From: Octopus sinensis
Lineage: Eukaryota
Assembly (NCBI RefSeq): GCF_006345805.1
Contig: NC_043005.1
Coordinates: forward strand, 55,986,001 to 56,050,000
DNA: 64,000 nucleotides
Direction of reading: 5' to 3'
Positions 37,571 to 49,547 of the stretch are shown piece by piece; position 1 is the stretch's first letter, and every line of letters begins with the position of its first letter. The notes under the pieces are model-generated. The model made no database searches. It saw nothing but the letters and a program-made list of their open reading frames with translations, and was not told where the DNA came from. A program made the position numbers and the translations under genes.

Positions 37571-37616
37571 AACACATCGTTTCAGCTGATTTACCTTCCA
37601 GCCTTCATCAGGTGTC
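37571..37616 (-). ncRNA. Minimal type I hammerhead motif, probably inactivated (GAU at the cleavage triplet)
   Basis: gacac-CTGATGA-a-ggctg/gaaggtaaat/cagct-GAAA-c-gat-gtgtt. Helix I is gacac/gtgtt. The U16.1 position is A. Confidence 0.65.
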
Positions 37617-37683
37617 TTAGGGAAATTTCAAACCTGAGTTCTCATTCCTAAGGTATTTTTCGATGTTATTGTTATTATTATTA

Positions 37684-37722
<39 letters not shown>

Positions 37723-37880
37723 GTGGTTATAATTATTATTATTATTATTATCGTCGTCGTCGTCGTCATCATCATCATCATCATTATTATTATTATTCAG
37801 GTCATTGCTTGGAATCGAACTCGGAAAGATAGGAAAATATTAGATTTATAAACCCTAAAATTCACTCCATAATTGCCCAC

Positions 37881-38019
37881 GAGCATATGGCACAGTGGTT
37901 AAGAGTGTGGGCTACTAACTCCAAGATTCCTGAATAATAATAACATCAAAGAATACCTTAGTAATGAGAACCCAGGTTCAAAATTTCCCCAAATATCCAT
38001 CAAATGTAAATAATGTATA
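37881..38019 (+). mobile_element. tRNA-headed SINE-like copy of the hammerhead-bearing family, internally deleted
   Basis: A box TGGCACAGTGG (37888-37898). The body 'aacatcaaagaataccttagtaatgagaacccaggttcaaaatttcccc' matches the minus copy at 37496-37823. Confidence 0.75.
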
Positions 38020-38596
38020 AAATAAAGTGTCTTGCTCAAGAGAACAACACACAGCCCAGTTCAGTCCAGTCCAGGAATGCACTACCTCATGATTGTGAGC
38101 CTAACACTCTAACCACAGAGCCATGTGCCTTCACACCAATGAAAGTACAGCACTGAAATAAGAGCAATAATTGTCATACCAGGCGAGACATCACCCTTCA
38201 GAAAGTTTTCTCCATACATTACTCTTGTCTACCAGTAAACATTTTCTCTCTACTTTTCCTTCTCCATCTCTTACATTTTTTATATCATTCCTTCAAAATG
38301 GTAGTTGGCGTAAGAGGCAATGTGAACATGGTTGTTTGCTGGGTAGAGAAGACCAAGCAAGTCATTTGCTCCCTCCTGGATCAGGTCTTCGAATGGAGAG
38401 CTAAGAGAAAACTCCAGAAAGTATCAGGAATTTCATGTCCTTGTCTCTCTATGATTATATCAGTTCATTTATAGTTGATCAAGGAATTGTTTAAGTAACT
38501 CCAGTTTCACTTCTGTACATGGTTCCAATATGATAAAACAACTTTTTTTCTAGTTTGGATTCAATTATTTATCTTCAAGCAAACCAATGCTGCATA

Positions 38597-38996
38597 CTCT
38601 TTTACTCTTTTACTTGTTTACTTGTTTCAGTCATTCGACTACGGCCATGCTGGGGCACCGCCTTTAGTCGAGCAGATCGACCCCAGCACTTATTCTTTGG
38701 TAGCCTAGTACTTATTCTATCAGTCTCTTTTGCCAAACCACTAAGTTACAGGGACGTAAATACACCACCATCGGTTGTCAAGCGATGTTGGGAGGACAAA
38801 TACAGACACACAAATATATACACTTACATATTTATATATTCACATATATACGACAGGCTTCTTACAGTTTCCGTCTACCAAATCCACTCATAGGCTTTGG
38901 TTGACCAGAGGCTATAGTAGAATACACTTGCCCAAGGTGCCACGCAGTGGGAATGAATCCAGAACCGTGTGGTTGGTAAGCAAGCTACTTACCATG
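38597..38996 (-). mobile_element. SINE family S1
   Basis: Reverse complement of the 2090-2493 type. Confidence 0.88.
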
Positions 38997-40918
38997 CATT
39001 ACTTCAAAATATTAATGTGACTTTTGCTGCAGATTGAGATTTGACACAATATTGTGATGCTACTTTTTTTGAATTGGAAGTTTTCGATTTTGGATTAAGG
39101 TGCTATTTTCACATTAATACAAGTTTGGTGATGCCAGAATTTTAGATTAAACTGTTATTTTCCCATTTTATGCATCTGCATTGACTGCTAAAAAGAATAA
39201 TAATAATTCTCTTTTTCAATGGAAGCAACCCAAGACACACTGCAGTGACTGTAAACAATTTCAAAGCTGAGGTACTGACAGCTATGTATACTCTCATGAG
39301 CATCATTTTAAATATTGATCAGATGAGACACCAAAGATGTCAAGAACTTTATGGCCAATGGTCAAGCTCATTCAAATATCTCATCTGCTATGGGCTGGAA
39401 AATGTAATTTACCTGCAATTAGTAATACTTAAAATTTTTGATTTTAGAGTAGGTTGCTATTTTTACATTGCACTGCATCACATTGATACCAGTACCACAA
39501 GACTAAGTTGTTATTTTTACATTACTATTATTTTTAGACCAGAAGAGAAAGACTGCAACTTTTCAAGGATTTTGTGTTGCCTTCTGAAAGAAATAGTGTT
39601 CAAGAAAATCTATATTTGCAAGGAGCAGCCATTTATATTTATTTACCCATCCTTGTACTCACCTTTGAAAAATCTGAATATGAACTGTAGCCTAGAACAT
39701 GCCTTGAATGTGCTCCCCATTAAAGATGGCTATGGACAGCATTTACCTTTTAGCATTTAAACAATCCATATCTGGCTAAAATATTCCACCTGTTTTCTGC
39801 TCAAACTAACCAGATCTTGCCTGTCACACCTACTCTACAATGTCATTTTAAAAATAAACAATTGACATCATCAAATTCTTGAAGCTACAAAATAATACAT
39901 TTTAATTCAAAACAGTGTGAAGAATTAAGCACAACATTTGTCAGAGTAATTAATCAGAATGCTTAACTGTAAAGAATGTTCAATGATAACAAATAAGAAA
40001 AAAATGGGTTTTAAAACTTTTGATTATTAGTATAAAAGGTAAATTGTGAGAACTTCTCTAATCTTAGCCTTGAAAAACCTGTATGAGTATTCTGTTATGA
40101 ATACTAATTTTGTATAATTAATTATATGATACAGTTATTTCCATTTCCATTCCAGAATCAGTAAATGTTGGCATGTTGTGCTATCTTCTAATGAATCATT
40201 TAATATGCTAATGTCCATTGGAATAGAAGAGTATTATCTTTGATATGTTATTATTGAATGAAGGTTTAAAGAAACAAGCTGGCAAAATTGTTAGCATACT
40301 GGTTAAAATGCTTAACAACATTTCATTTGTCTTTATTTTCTGAGTTCAAATTCTGCTGATTTCAACTTTGCCTTTTATCTTTTAGGGTTGATAAATAGGT
40401 AGCAGTAGCATACATGGGTCAATGTAATTGACTGGCCCCTTCCCACAGAATTTCAGGCCTTGTGCTTAAGCAGAAAGGATTATTAGACAAAGGTTTCCAA
40501 ACTCCAAAAACCCTATTATGCAAATGTCCATTTATAGTTAATAAATTGTCAGAATTGTTGAGAGCATCAGACAGAATATTTCATGGTATTTCTTCTGAGT
40601 TCAAATCATGCCAAAGTCAACTTTGCTTGCCAGCCATTTTGGGATTGATGAAAATGTACCACTCCAAGACAGAAGATTATCAGAACTGTAAGAAACTTGC
40701 AGTATTGTTCCAGTTCTTCCTATTCTGAATTCAATTTTTACCCTAGTTGACTTGAGTGGTAAACATAAACTATCAACTAGTTTAACACCATCACTTGGCA
40801 CTGTGGGTACCTTTAACAAATCCACTCTGTTGCAAAAGCCAGGCCAGGTTCCTGGTTCATTCCCAGAGAACCTACAACATGTCATGGTACTGCCCTCCCT
40901 CATGATTAAAAGATCCCA

Positions 40919-40960
<42 letters not shown>

Positions 40961-41043
40961 CACACACACATACACACACACTATATACATACATACATAT
41001 ATACACCCACCCACACATACACACACACACATATATATATACG

Positions 41044-41078
<35 letters not shown>

Positions 41079-41086
41079 ACACTCAG

Positions 41087-41162
<76 letters not shown>

Positions 41163-41208
41163 GCACATGTGCGAATATATACATATATATATAATATACA
41201 AAAAACAG

Positions 41209-41576
41209 AGAGTGTGAACACTGAAAATCAGTTTATTTACATAACAGTAGTCAATTTCATGTCACCTACACACGTTTCAGTTCCTACCTTAATTTGTATT
41301 TCACAATTAAATTGCATTATGAATTTGATACGTAAAAATCTCTTCCGAGCAAAATTAACATTAATTTATTTACATCCAAAAGGATGTAAGGAACTCTCCA
41401 TCCTTTAGGATGTAAATAAATTTATGTCAATCTTGCCCTGAAGCGATTTTTACCTATAAAATTCATAATACAATTTAATTGTGAAATATGAATGAAGGTA
41501 GGAATTGAAACGTGCATAGACGATATGAAATTGACAACTATTATGCAAATAAATTGATTTTCTGTGTTCAAACTCT
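41209..41576. mobile_element. Foldback element: 178-bp inverted arms around a 12-nt loop
   Basis: 41209-41386 aligns without evident gaps to the reverse complement of 41399-41576. Loop is taaggaactctc. Confidence 0.92.
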
Positions 41577-41771
41577 ACATTTTCAGAAAGATAAAAACAT
41601 CTATAATGACCACTGGAACTTCATACGTGTTAAGTGCTGATATCAAAGAGGAACCATCAATAAACATTAATATTAACACAAATCAATCAATATGAAGCTA
41701 AACCAGTGTATACCTGGATGAAATGCATGCTTGTCATATATATATATGTGTATATATATACATATATATAT

Positions 41772-41840
<69 letters not shown>

Positions 41841-42554
41841 TATATACACACATATATACATATGTAGCTGTCTGACTGGCAGGATGAAAGGCTGACCTCC
41901 CTTGTTCGAAGGTTTGTAATGGACGCAGGTTCGTGTGTCAAATAGCTAGCTTGAGGCGGTGGCCTCTTGGAGCTAATCAGCGACAGCTTTAGTCTTATAT
42001 TTATAAGACTGCCATATTAGTATGGTGATAACTATTAATTTCCAGTAACGCTGCCGTAATCTCCCATAGAGAGACTTAGTAATTTTAATATTTCTATTAT
42101 TGAAAACAAGTGGATGTATTCCACTGAAACTAGGTAAATAACGCCTTCGAACTGGGACAAATTTTAATATTTCTATTATAATCGAATTGAACCAGCCAGG
42201 ATCCCTGGTCTGGTGGTATGTAAAAAGCACTATCCGACTCGTGGCCAATGCAGTGCCGCCTCGACTGGCTTCCGTCCGGTGGCACGTAAAAATACACCAA
42301 TCCGACCGTGGCCGTTGCCAGCCTTGCTGGCACCTGTGCAGGTGGCACATAAAAAGCACCCACTACACTCACGGAGTGGTTGGCGTTAGGAAGGGCATCC
42401 AGCTGTAGAAACAATGCCAGATAAGACTGGAGCCTGGTGCAGCTTCTGGCTTCCCAATCCCCGGTCGACCGTCCAACCCATGCTAGCATGGAGAACGACG
42501 TTAAACAATGATGATGATGATGATTATGATGATATATATATAATATATATTATA

Positions 42555-43090
42555 TAGGTGTCCCCAAAAAATGTATACACACCTTAAATAATTGTAAATT
42601 TGGGTTTATTATAATTCGAATAATTTTCAACATGTAAAAGAATTTACAAATATCATTCTATTGTCTTGTTATCACATGTTCTCAAACTGATGTCCGTTCT
42701 GCTCCAGACACTGCTGACAACGCGAAGTGATGGAATGGCACACATCATGGAACAATTCCCTTGGGATATTCGTACATTCATTTTCAATGGTTGCCCTCAA
42801 TTGAACTACTGTTGCAGGTTTCTGTGCATAGACTTTGTCCTTTAGGTATCCCCATAAAAAGAAGTCTAGTGGTGTGAAGTCTGGTGAACGTGGAGGGTAT
42901 TTGACAAAACCTCTCTGTCCAATCCACCTGTTTGGCAAGATCCCATCAAGAAAGGATCTAACATCGCGATGGTAGTGTGGAGGTGCCCCATCTTGCTGGA
43001 AATAAAACTCTTCCTGTTCAAAGTCTTGTTCAAAGCCTGTTCAAAACTCTTCCTGTTCAATGTGTATACATTTTTTTGGGACACCCTGTA
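42555..43090 (-). mobile_element. Internally deleted Tc1/mariner element of DD41D (rosa-like) type
   Basis: TIRs 'ggtgtcccc-aaaaaatgtatacaca' and 'tgtgtatacatttttttgggacaccctg' in TA context. Frame FQQDGAPPHYHRDVR...PPRSPDFTPLDFFLWGYLKDKVY has 41 residues between the second and third Asp. Confidence 0.92.
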
Positions 43091-43411
43091 TATATATATA
43101 TATATATATATTTATATTTATTTATATTTAAATATATATATAATATAAGTAAGATTCAGTTGAATTAGGTACTTAAACTGAGGCACCTCATTAGATTGGA
43201 ATAATATACACACACAACAATATTATGTAAATATCAAATTTGGCACATAAGTACCGACCAAATGATATTCCTGCAGTATATGTAGGTAATTAGACCCAGC
43301 TGAGTGAAGAAATCTGCTCTTGAGGTATTCAGACATGTACATTATATTAAATATTCAGACCATAATATTTATGAAGGGCAGATTCTGTATGCCATACTGT
43401 CACTCATTTAA

Positions 43412-43447
<36 letters not shown>

Positions 43448-43471
43448 ACACACACATACACACACACATAC

Positions 43472-43514
<43 letters not shown>

Positions 43515-43654
43515 TTACTTGGAGAAGAGAAACAATGCATGCGTTCGCTCATATAACAATATAATAAATAAAACATATGCATATATACATACATATATGT
43601 ACATACTTACATCTATATGTATATATACATGCATATATATATATATATATATAT

Positions 43655-44100
43655 TATATAGTACAGGACACCACAAATAACGTAGACACAACAAGAAACG
43701 AAAACATAAATCAAACAAGGAAACGACTTTTTTTTAGCAACGAAAAAACAGAGTACAGGACAAACAATACAAGGAAAATTCCCTCACATCAGCTGCCCTG
43801 GTTCGACTCAATGCATGTTTTGAAGGTAAGGTCAGAACACGGCCAGGCCGAAGCAATCCTTCCTGCAAAAGGAATTAAATAAAATTCTTTGCAGAGGGGT
43901 AAAAACAAGTGACAAGAACAGGACGTACAAGCAATGCAAATGAAGAAAAAACAGTACAAATAAAGAATAACAGGACATGGAAACCAACAATAAGGGCTTT
44001 TTTAGGCCTAGACGGTGTAAAAATTAGTTAGAACGCATGTGAAAAATCGGCTTGCGAAAGACAGAGAAGTCGACGTATGCTTATTGAAAGCATGAGCCGA
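43655..44100. repeat. Unclassified dispersed repeat, related to 53860-54090 and 31360-31404
   Basis: Shares 'acaggacaa...caa...ccct.(a)catcag.tg' with 53860-54090. The latter shares 'ttggatt.atggaggg.caaagttggga' with 31360-31404. Confidence 0.4.
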
Positions 44101-44378
44101 TAGTTTCAGGTGTAGCAGTGTAGTAAGAAGCTTGCTTCCTAATCACATGTTTCCAGTTTCAGTCCCACTGTGTGCCACTTTGGCCAAGTGTCTTGAATCA
44201 TAGCCTCAAGCCAACAAAAGCCTTGAGTGGATTTGGTAGACAGAAACTGAAAGAAGACCATCGTATGTGTGTGTATGTGTATATATATATATATATAGCA
44301 AGTGTGTGTGTGTGAGAGAGAGAGAGGGACGTTATTATTATTATTATTATTATTATTAATATAATAAATAATAATAAC

Positions 44379-44421
<43 letters not shown>

Positions 44422-44616
44422 TAAGTGGCCAGCAGCATTGAAGCCAAAAAGGGTAATTCCATAAATTTATAATTAATTAATAATTATAATTGAGGATGCA
44501 CAAGGCACCAGTATTACTATAAATAAGAGTTGAAAAATACCCTAATGAGCCAATATATATTATATATATATATACATTATATATATATATATATATATAT
44601 AAATTATATATATATT

Positions 44617-45010
44617 GAGTGGCTGTGTGGTAGTAGCTTGCTAACCAACCACATGTTCCGGGTTTCAGTCCACGCGTGGCATCTTGGGCAAGTGTCTTCT
44701 GCTATAGCCCCAGGCCGACCAATGCCTTGTGAGTGAATTTGGTAGAGAGAAACTGAAGAAGCCTGTCGTATATATGTATAGAGTATATATGTGTGTTTGT
44801 GTTTCTGTATTTGTCCCCTACATGCTTGACAACCGATGCTGGTGTGTGTAGTCCCCGTTACTTAGCGGTTCGGGCAAAAAGAGACCGATAGAATAAGTAC
44901 TGGGCTTAAAAAGAATAAGTCCCGGGGTCGGTTGCTCGACTAAAGGCGGTGCTCCAGCATGGCCGCAGTCAATGACTGAACAAGTAAAAGAGTAAAAGAG
45001 TAAAAGAGTA
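44617..45010 (+). mobile_element. SINE family S1
   Basis: Full head-to-tail match with several 1-bp indels. Another full copy lies at 48985-49392. Confidence 0.88.
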
Positions 45011-45060
45011 TACCTACATACATACATACATCCATACTACATATACAATACATATATCTA

Positions 45061-45917
45061 TAACAGGAGTACCTAAAGTAACCAGAAACATTCTTAGTGG
45101 GACAAGCCTGTTGTAGCTGAGGTTTCCTTCACTAGAAATCACTTGATTCAACCCTCAGGCATCGAGTATGCCGACTAACATCATTGATTGAAGTCATACT
45201 GCTGCATTGTGCATCTTTGTTTTGCAGTGCTTTTCCCCTGTTTGTTAATTTTTGCAATGGCTAAAATGAAAGAACTGCATGCTTCCATGAAATTCTGTTT
45301 TCTACTGGGGAAAATGGAGGCCAAAACAATTGTCATGCTTCAGACAGCTTACAAGGTCACTTGTTGATTGAAGATCAACCTTGTTCAGGGCATCCATTGA
45401 CTTCCTGAATGAATGAAACATCATCATGAAAATTCATGAAGTGATCTTGGAGGACCATCACCGAATAACTGATGAACTTTTTGATATGATTGGTGTGTCC
45501 TGGAGCTCCTGCCAAGGAATTTTGACTGAGGAAGGGCAAATGAAAATAGCTGCAGTGATATCTGTTCCTCGCTTGCTCACAGAAGATCAAAAGTAGTCAT
45601 GACTGAATGTGTGTTGTGAACTGAAAGATCCGTTGGAAATTTATCTGGACATTTTTTGGGGTTTTTTTTTTGAAGATCATCACTGGTGACAAAAGCTGGT
45701 GTTACAGAATTTGCAGATGTGGCAGACGTGAAGAAGAAAAAACGATGGAGGCATTGCTTTGAAAGAGTTCCAGCACTGCTTTGAACAGTGGAAAATACAC
45801 CTAGACTGATGCATTTCTTCGAATGAAGAATACTTTGAAGATGATAAAAGTGTAAACATGTAAAAAAGTGAATAAAATAATATTACAAAATTCCAATTTC
45901 TTTTCGGTATCCCTTTA
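45061..45917 (+). mobile_element. Decayed, internally deleted mariner transposon
   Basis: MKFCFLLGK...TIVMLQTAYK, IEDQPCSGHP, VPRLLTEDQK, KIITGDKSWCY and FEQWKIHLD*CISSNEEYFE motifs. Divergent TIR-like ends. Confidence 0.85.
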
Positions 45918-46228
45918 TATATACATATATATATATATACACACACAAATACACATACACACACATACACATATACGTATGTGTGTATGTGTGTGTGTGT
46001 GTTTTGTCCCTCACCACCACTTGACAACCGGAGTTGATGTGTTTGCATCTGTGCAACTTAGCAGTTCACCAAAAAAGTACCAATAGAAAAGAGCCAAGCT
46101 TAAAAATAAGTACCGGGGTTGATTCATTTGACTAAAAATTCTCCCAGGAGATGCACCAGCATGGCTGTAGTCTAATGACTGAAAGAAATAAAAGTAAAAA
46201 AAAAAAGAAATATATATATGTTAAAATC

Positions 46229-46317
46229 TTTTTCAAGCTGATCACATGGAGAAATGGTGTTCATCTCCATTTTGGATGGAGACAAACGCTGTTCCTCCAT
46301 GTGATTGGCTTGAAAAA
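46229..46317. repeat. ~89-nt hairpin (42-nt arms, 5-nt loop)
   Basis: tttttcaagctgatcacatggagaaatggtgttcatctccat / tttgg / atggagacaaacgctgttcctccatgtgattggcttgaaaaa. Confidence 0.8.
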
Positions 46318-46770
46318 TTGTTAAGATGTTAAAATATTTTTCTTAACATGAAACCAATGGTAGCCTTGATACACAAATAAAAAAATTCTAACCACTAATG
46401 CAGTGTTGAGCACTTACTCACATCATTCAACATCTATGTGTGTGTATGTGTATACATATATATAAATATATATATATATATATACATACACTTATATATG
46501 TATATGTGTATATATTATATATATATATATAGATATATATATATAGTATTTTGATCAGCAATCAATGTGCATAATGTATATGTATTGGTGTTTTTCTTTT
46601 AATTTTATTCCTTTTAGGACTTTAATAAGTAAATTTAAACCAACTAATAGACCAGTTTGTGTCAAAAATAATTTCATTATTGCATAATTGATAATATTCA
46701 AAACCAAAAGTATTATAGCTAATATGAAGGACACTACCGTATTCTGCATTAATAATATAAATTTGTGCCT

Positions 46771-46870
<100 letters not shown>

Positions 46871-47719
46871 ACCATATATACATATATATACATATATATA
46901 ATATTATATATATATAATTATATGTAGTGCTAACTCCTCTTTGATAGATTTTTATGATACCGCATAAAAGTGTTTATGCTTATCACACACAGTGAAAGTT
47001 TATGATGCAGTACAATTGTTTTCAAATGAGAAGAATGTATTAAGTTATTTATTAAATTTAGCATGAGTCTACAATAAGCTGCAACTTTTGGTTGATAATT
47101 AATGGTCAGTAAGTGGTTAATTGAAAGCGTGTTCACTTTACTACAGTAAATGGTAAAGTCAAGGCTCATGGCTTAGTGGTTATAGTGTTGCATTCAAGAA
47201 CATAAGATTGTGGCTTCAATTCTCAGACTGGTTGTGCATTGTGTTCTTGAACAAAACAAATCGTTTCACATTACTCCTATCCAATCTGCTGTAAATGGAT
47301 AAGCCTATGACAGACTGGCATTCCATTCAAAGGGAATGTTGCTTTGCCCAGCTATCATGGTACCTAGTGGTGCATAACAACATGTGAAAGCCTGGTCAAC
47401 ACTGGGATTCAGTGAAGCGGCAAATTATTAATTACTATTATTTATTTTAAGGCGGCAAGCTGGCAGAAATTTTAAAGACAGCAAGCCGGCAGAAACGTTA
47501 GCACGCCGGGTGAAATGCTTAGCAGTATTTCGTCTGCCGTTACGTTCTGAGTTCAAATTCCGCCGAGGTTGACTTTGCCTTTCATCCTTTCGGGGTCAAT
47601 AAATTAAGTACCAGTTATGCACTGGGGTCGATGTAATCTACTTATTCCCTTTGTCTGTCCTTGTTTGTCCCCTCTATGTTTAGCCCCTTGTGGTCAATAA
47701 AGAAATAAGAAATGTTAGC

Positions 47720-49050
47720 ACACTTACTCACACCCCTGTAATGTACGTCGCACCCACATGCACACCATCAACTTCCCACCCCACACCCACACTTCATACA
47801 TACACCGCACACCCCTACCCCACACACGGACATACATCTATGCACACAATCCTACAATCACATACTCACAACATTCAATGCGCACACATGTCACCCCACA
47901 TACACACAGACACACTCACCATCCACACACTACATCGTCGCGCATCTCGCAGGCAATGCGCACATAACGCACTTTCTACCCTGCTCGCGTGCATACGCGT
48001 CGCATACACCGCGCCCTTGGACCTGATCGAGACCTCCCCCCGTTCCCCAGGACCGTCGCGTGTCGTTGGTTTTCTCACACCTGTCTCCTCGTACCACTCT
48101 TCCATCTTCCCCCTCGCTGGAGTCCTTTTTCTTAACCCCCCCCCTTTTTTCGTTACACCACAGTGTTCAAACATTACAAACACCCTTCCTATAATGTACA
48201 TCACTCTTTACACACTTCAATCGACGCATTAATACCACCACGACACGGACACCACACACACTACTACTCAACACACGCTTTCACGCTAATACGGCCCCAC
48301 CCCTTCCCTCCCTCCCTTCCTCCTTGTTCGTTTTCTTACACTGACCTCCCTACTCCTTCCTTTTTTTTTCTGTCTGCTAGCTGACCACTATCTCGCCCTA
48401 AACCTCAACGCCGACACCAGACTCACACACTAACACACACCCCTATATTTTTTGTTTTTTCATCTCGCCTCACACACCACATACACACACGCACATGCAC
48501 ACCACTCACAATACACACACAATCTGTTGGGTTTCCAAACCTTGTCTCCACTCTTTTGCCTTTAAAACCCACTTTGGCTCTTGTTATCGCAACATCCGCC
48601 TTCACCATGTGCAACTCGTAAACACCGTGTCTTTTTTCTCTTTCCCCTGTTTGCCCTCTCGGGATCTGTCTTCTTTCCTCTCTCTTCCTCTTCTTTATGT
48701 TTCCGACGAAAGAGCTCCGCTCGAACGTCATACCTCCCTGCTTCCATCTCCTGAGCGCCTATTAATAAATTTACTGTCAATTGTTCTGTTTGTTGTTGTT
48801 TTTTTTTGTTTCCCTTTTGGATTAAATTATATATAATATATATCTATTGGCGTTAGGAAGCCTCCCAGCCGTAAAACACGCCAGATCTTACTGGCCTGAC
48901 AAGCTAGCTTCACAGACCCCATTGGACCCGTCCACCCATGCTAGCATGGAAACGGACGCTAAACGAGGATGATATATATGATATATAGGCACAGGAGTAG
49001 CTGTGTGGTAGTAGCTTGCTTACCAACATGTTCCCAGGTTCAGTCCCACT
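47720..49050. other. Probable low-quality (unpolished) sequence
   Basis: Irregular C/A-rich pseudo-microsatellite with anomalous CpG. The RTE tail at 48845-48975 carries many 1-bp deletions relative to other copies. Confidence 0.7.
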
Positions 49051-49486
49051 GTGGGCGCCTTGGGCAAGTGTCTTCTACTATGGCCTCAGGCTGACCAAAG
49101 CCTTGTGAGTTATTTGGTAGACAGAAAGGTAAAGAAGCCCATCATATGTATATATATATATATATATATATGCGTGTGTGTGTGTGTGTATGTTTGTGTG
49201 TCTGTGTTTGTCCCCACAACATCGCTTGACAACCGATGCTGGTGTGTTTACATCCCTGTAACTTAGTAGTTTGGCAAAAGAGACCGACAGAATATGTACT
49301 AGGCTTACAAGGAATAAGTCTTTCGTCAATTTGCTCAACTAAAGGCGGTGCTCCAGCATGGCTGCAGAGAAATGACTGAAACAAGTAAAAGAATATATAT
49401 ACATTTATATATATCGTATATTTATATATGTGTGTGTGCGTGTGTTGTATATATGTTATATATATAGATATATATATATATATATC

Positions 49487-49547
<61 letters not shown>

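Larger units (their letters stand above)
37251..38135 (-). mobile_element. CORE-type SINE split into 37251-37495 and 38020-38135 by a 524-bp insert
   Basis: The head and CORE-like block at 38020-38135 continue at 37495. 'aaataaagt' is duplicated at 37487-37495 and 38020-38028. Confidence 0.75.

Noticed and set aside
41870-41985. HDV-like ribozyme pattern (gctga/tcagc P2, cct/agg P3, GCTAA)
   Set aside because: P1 pairs poorly and L3 would be 11 nt. Compatible with chance unless a family consensus improves it.
43780-43835. Degenerate CTGATG/AAAAC motifs on the minus strand
   Set aside because: The core nucleotides are not intact and the order and helices do not form a hammerhead.
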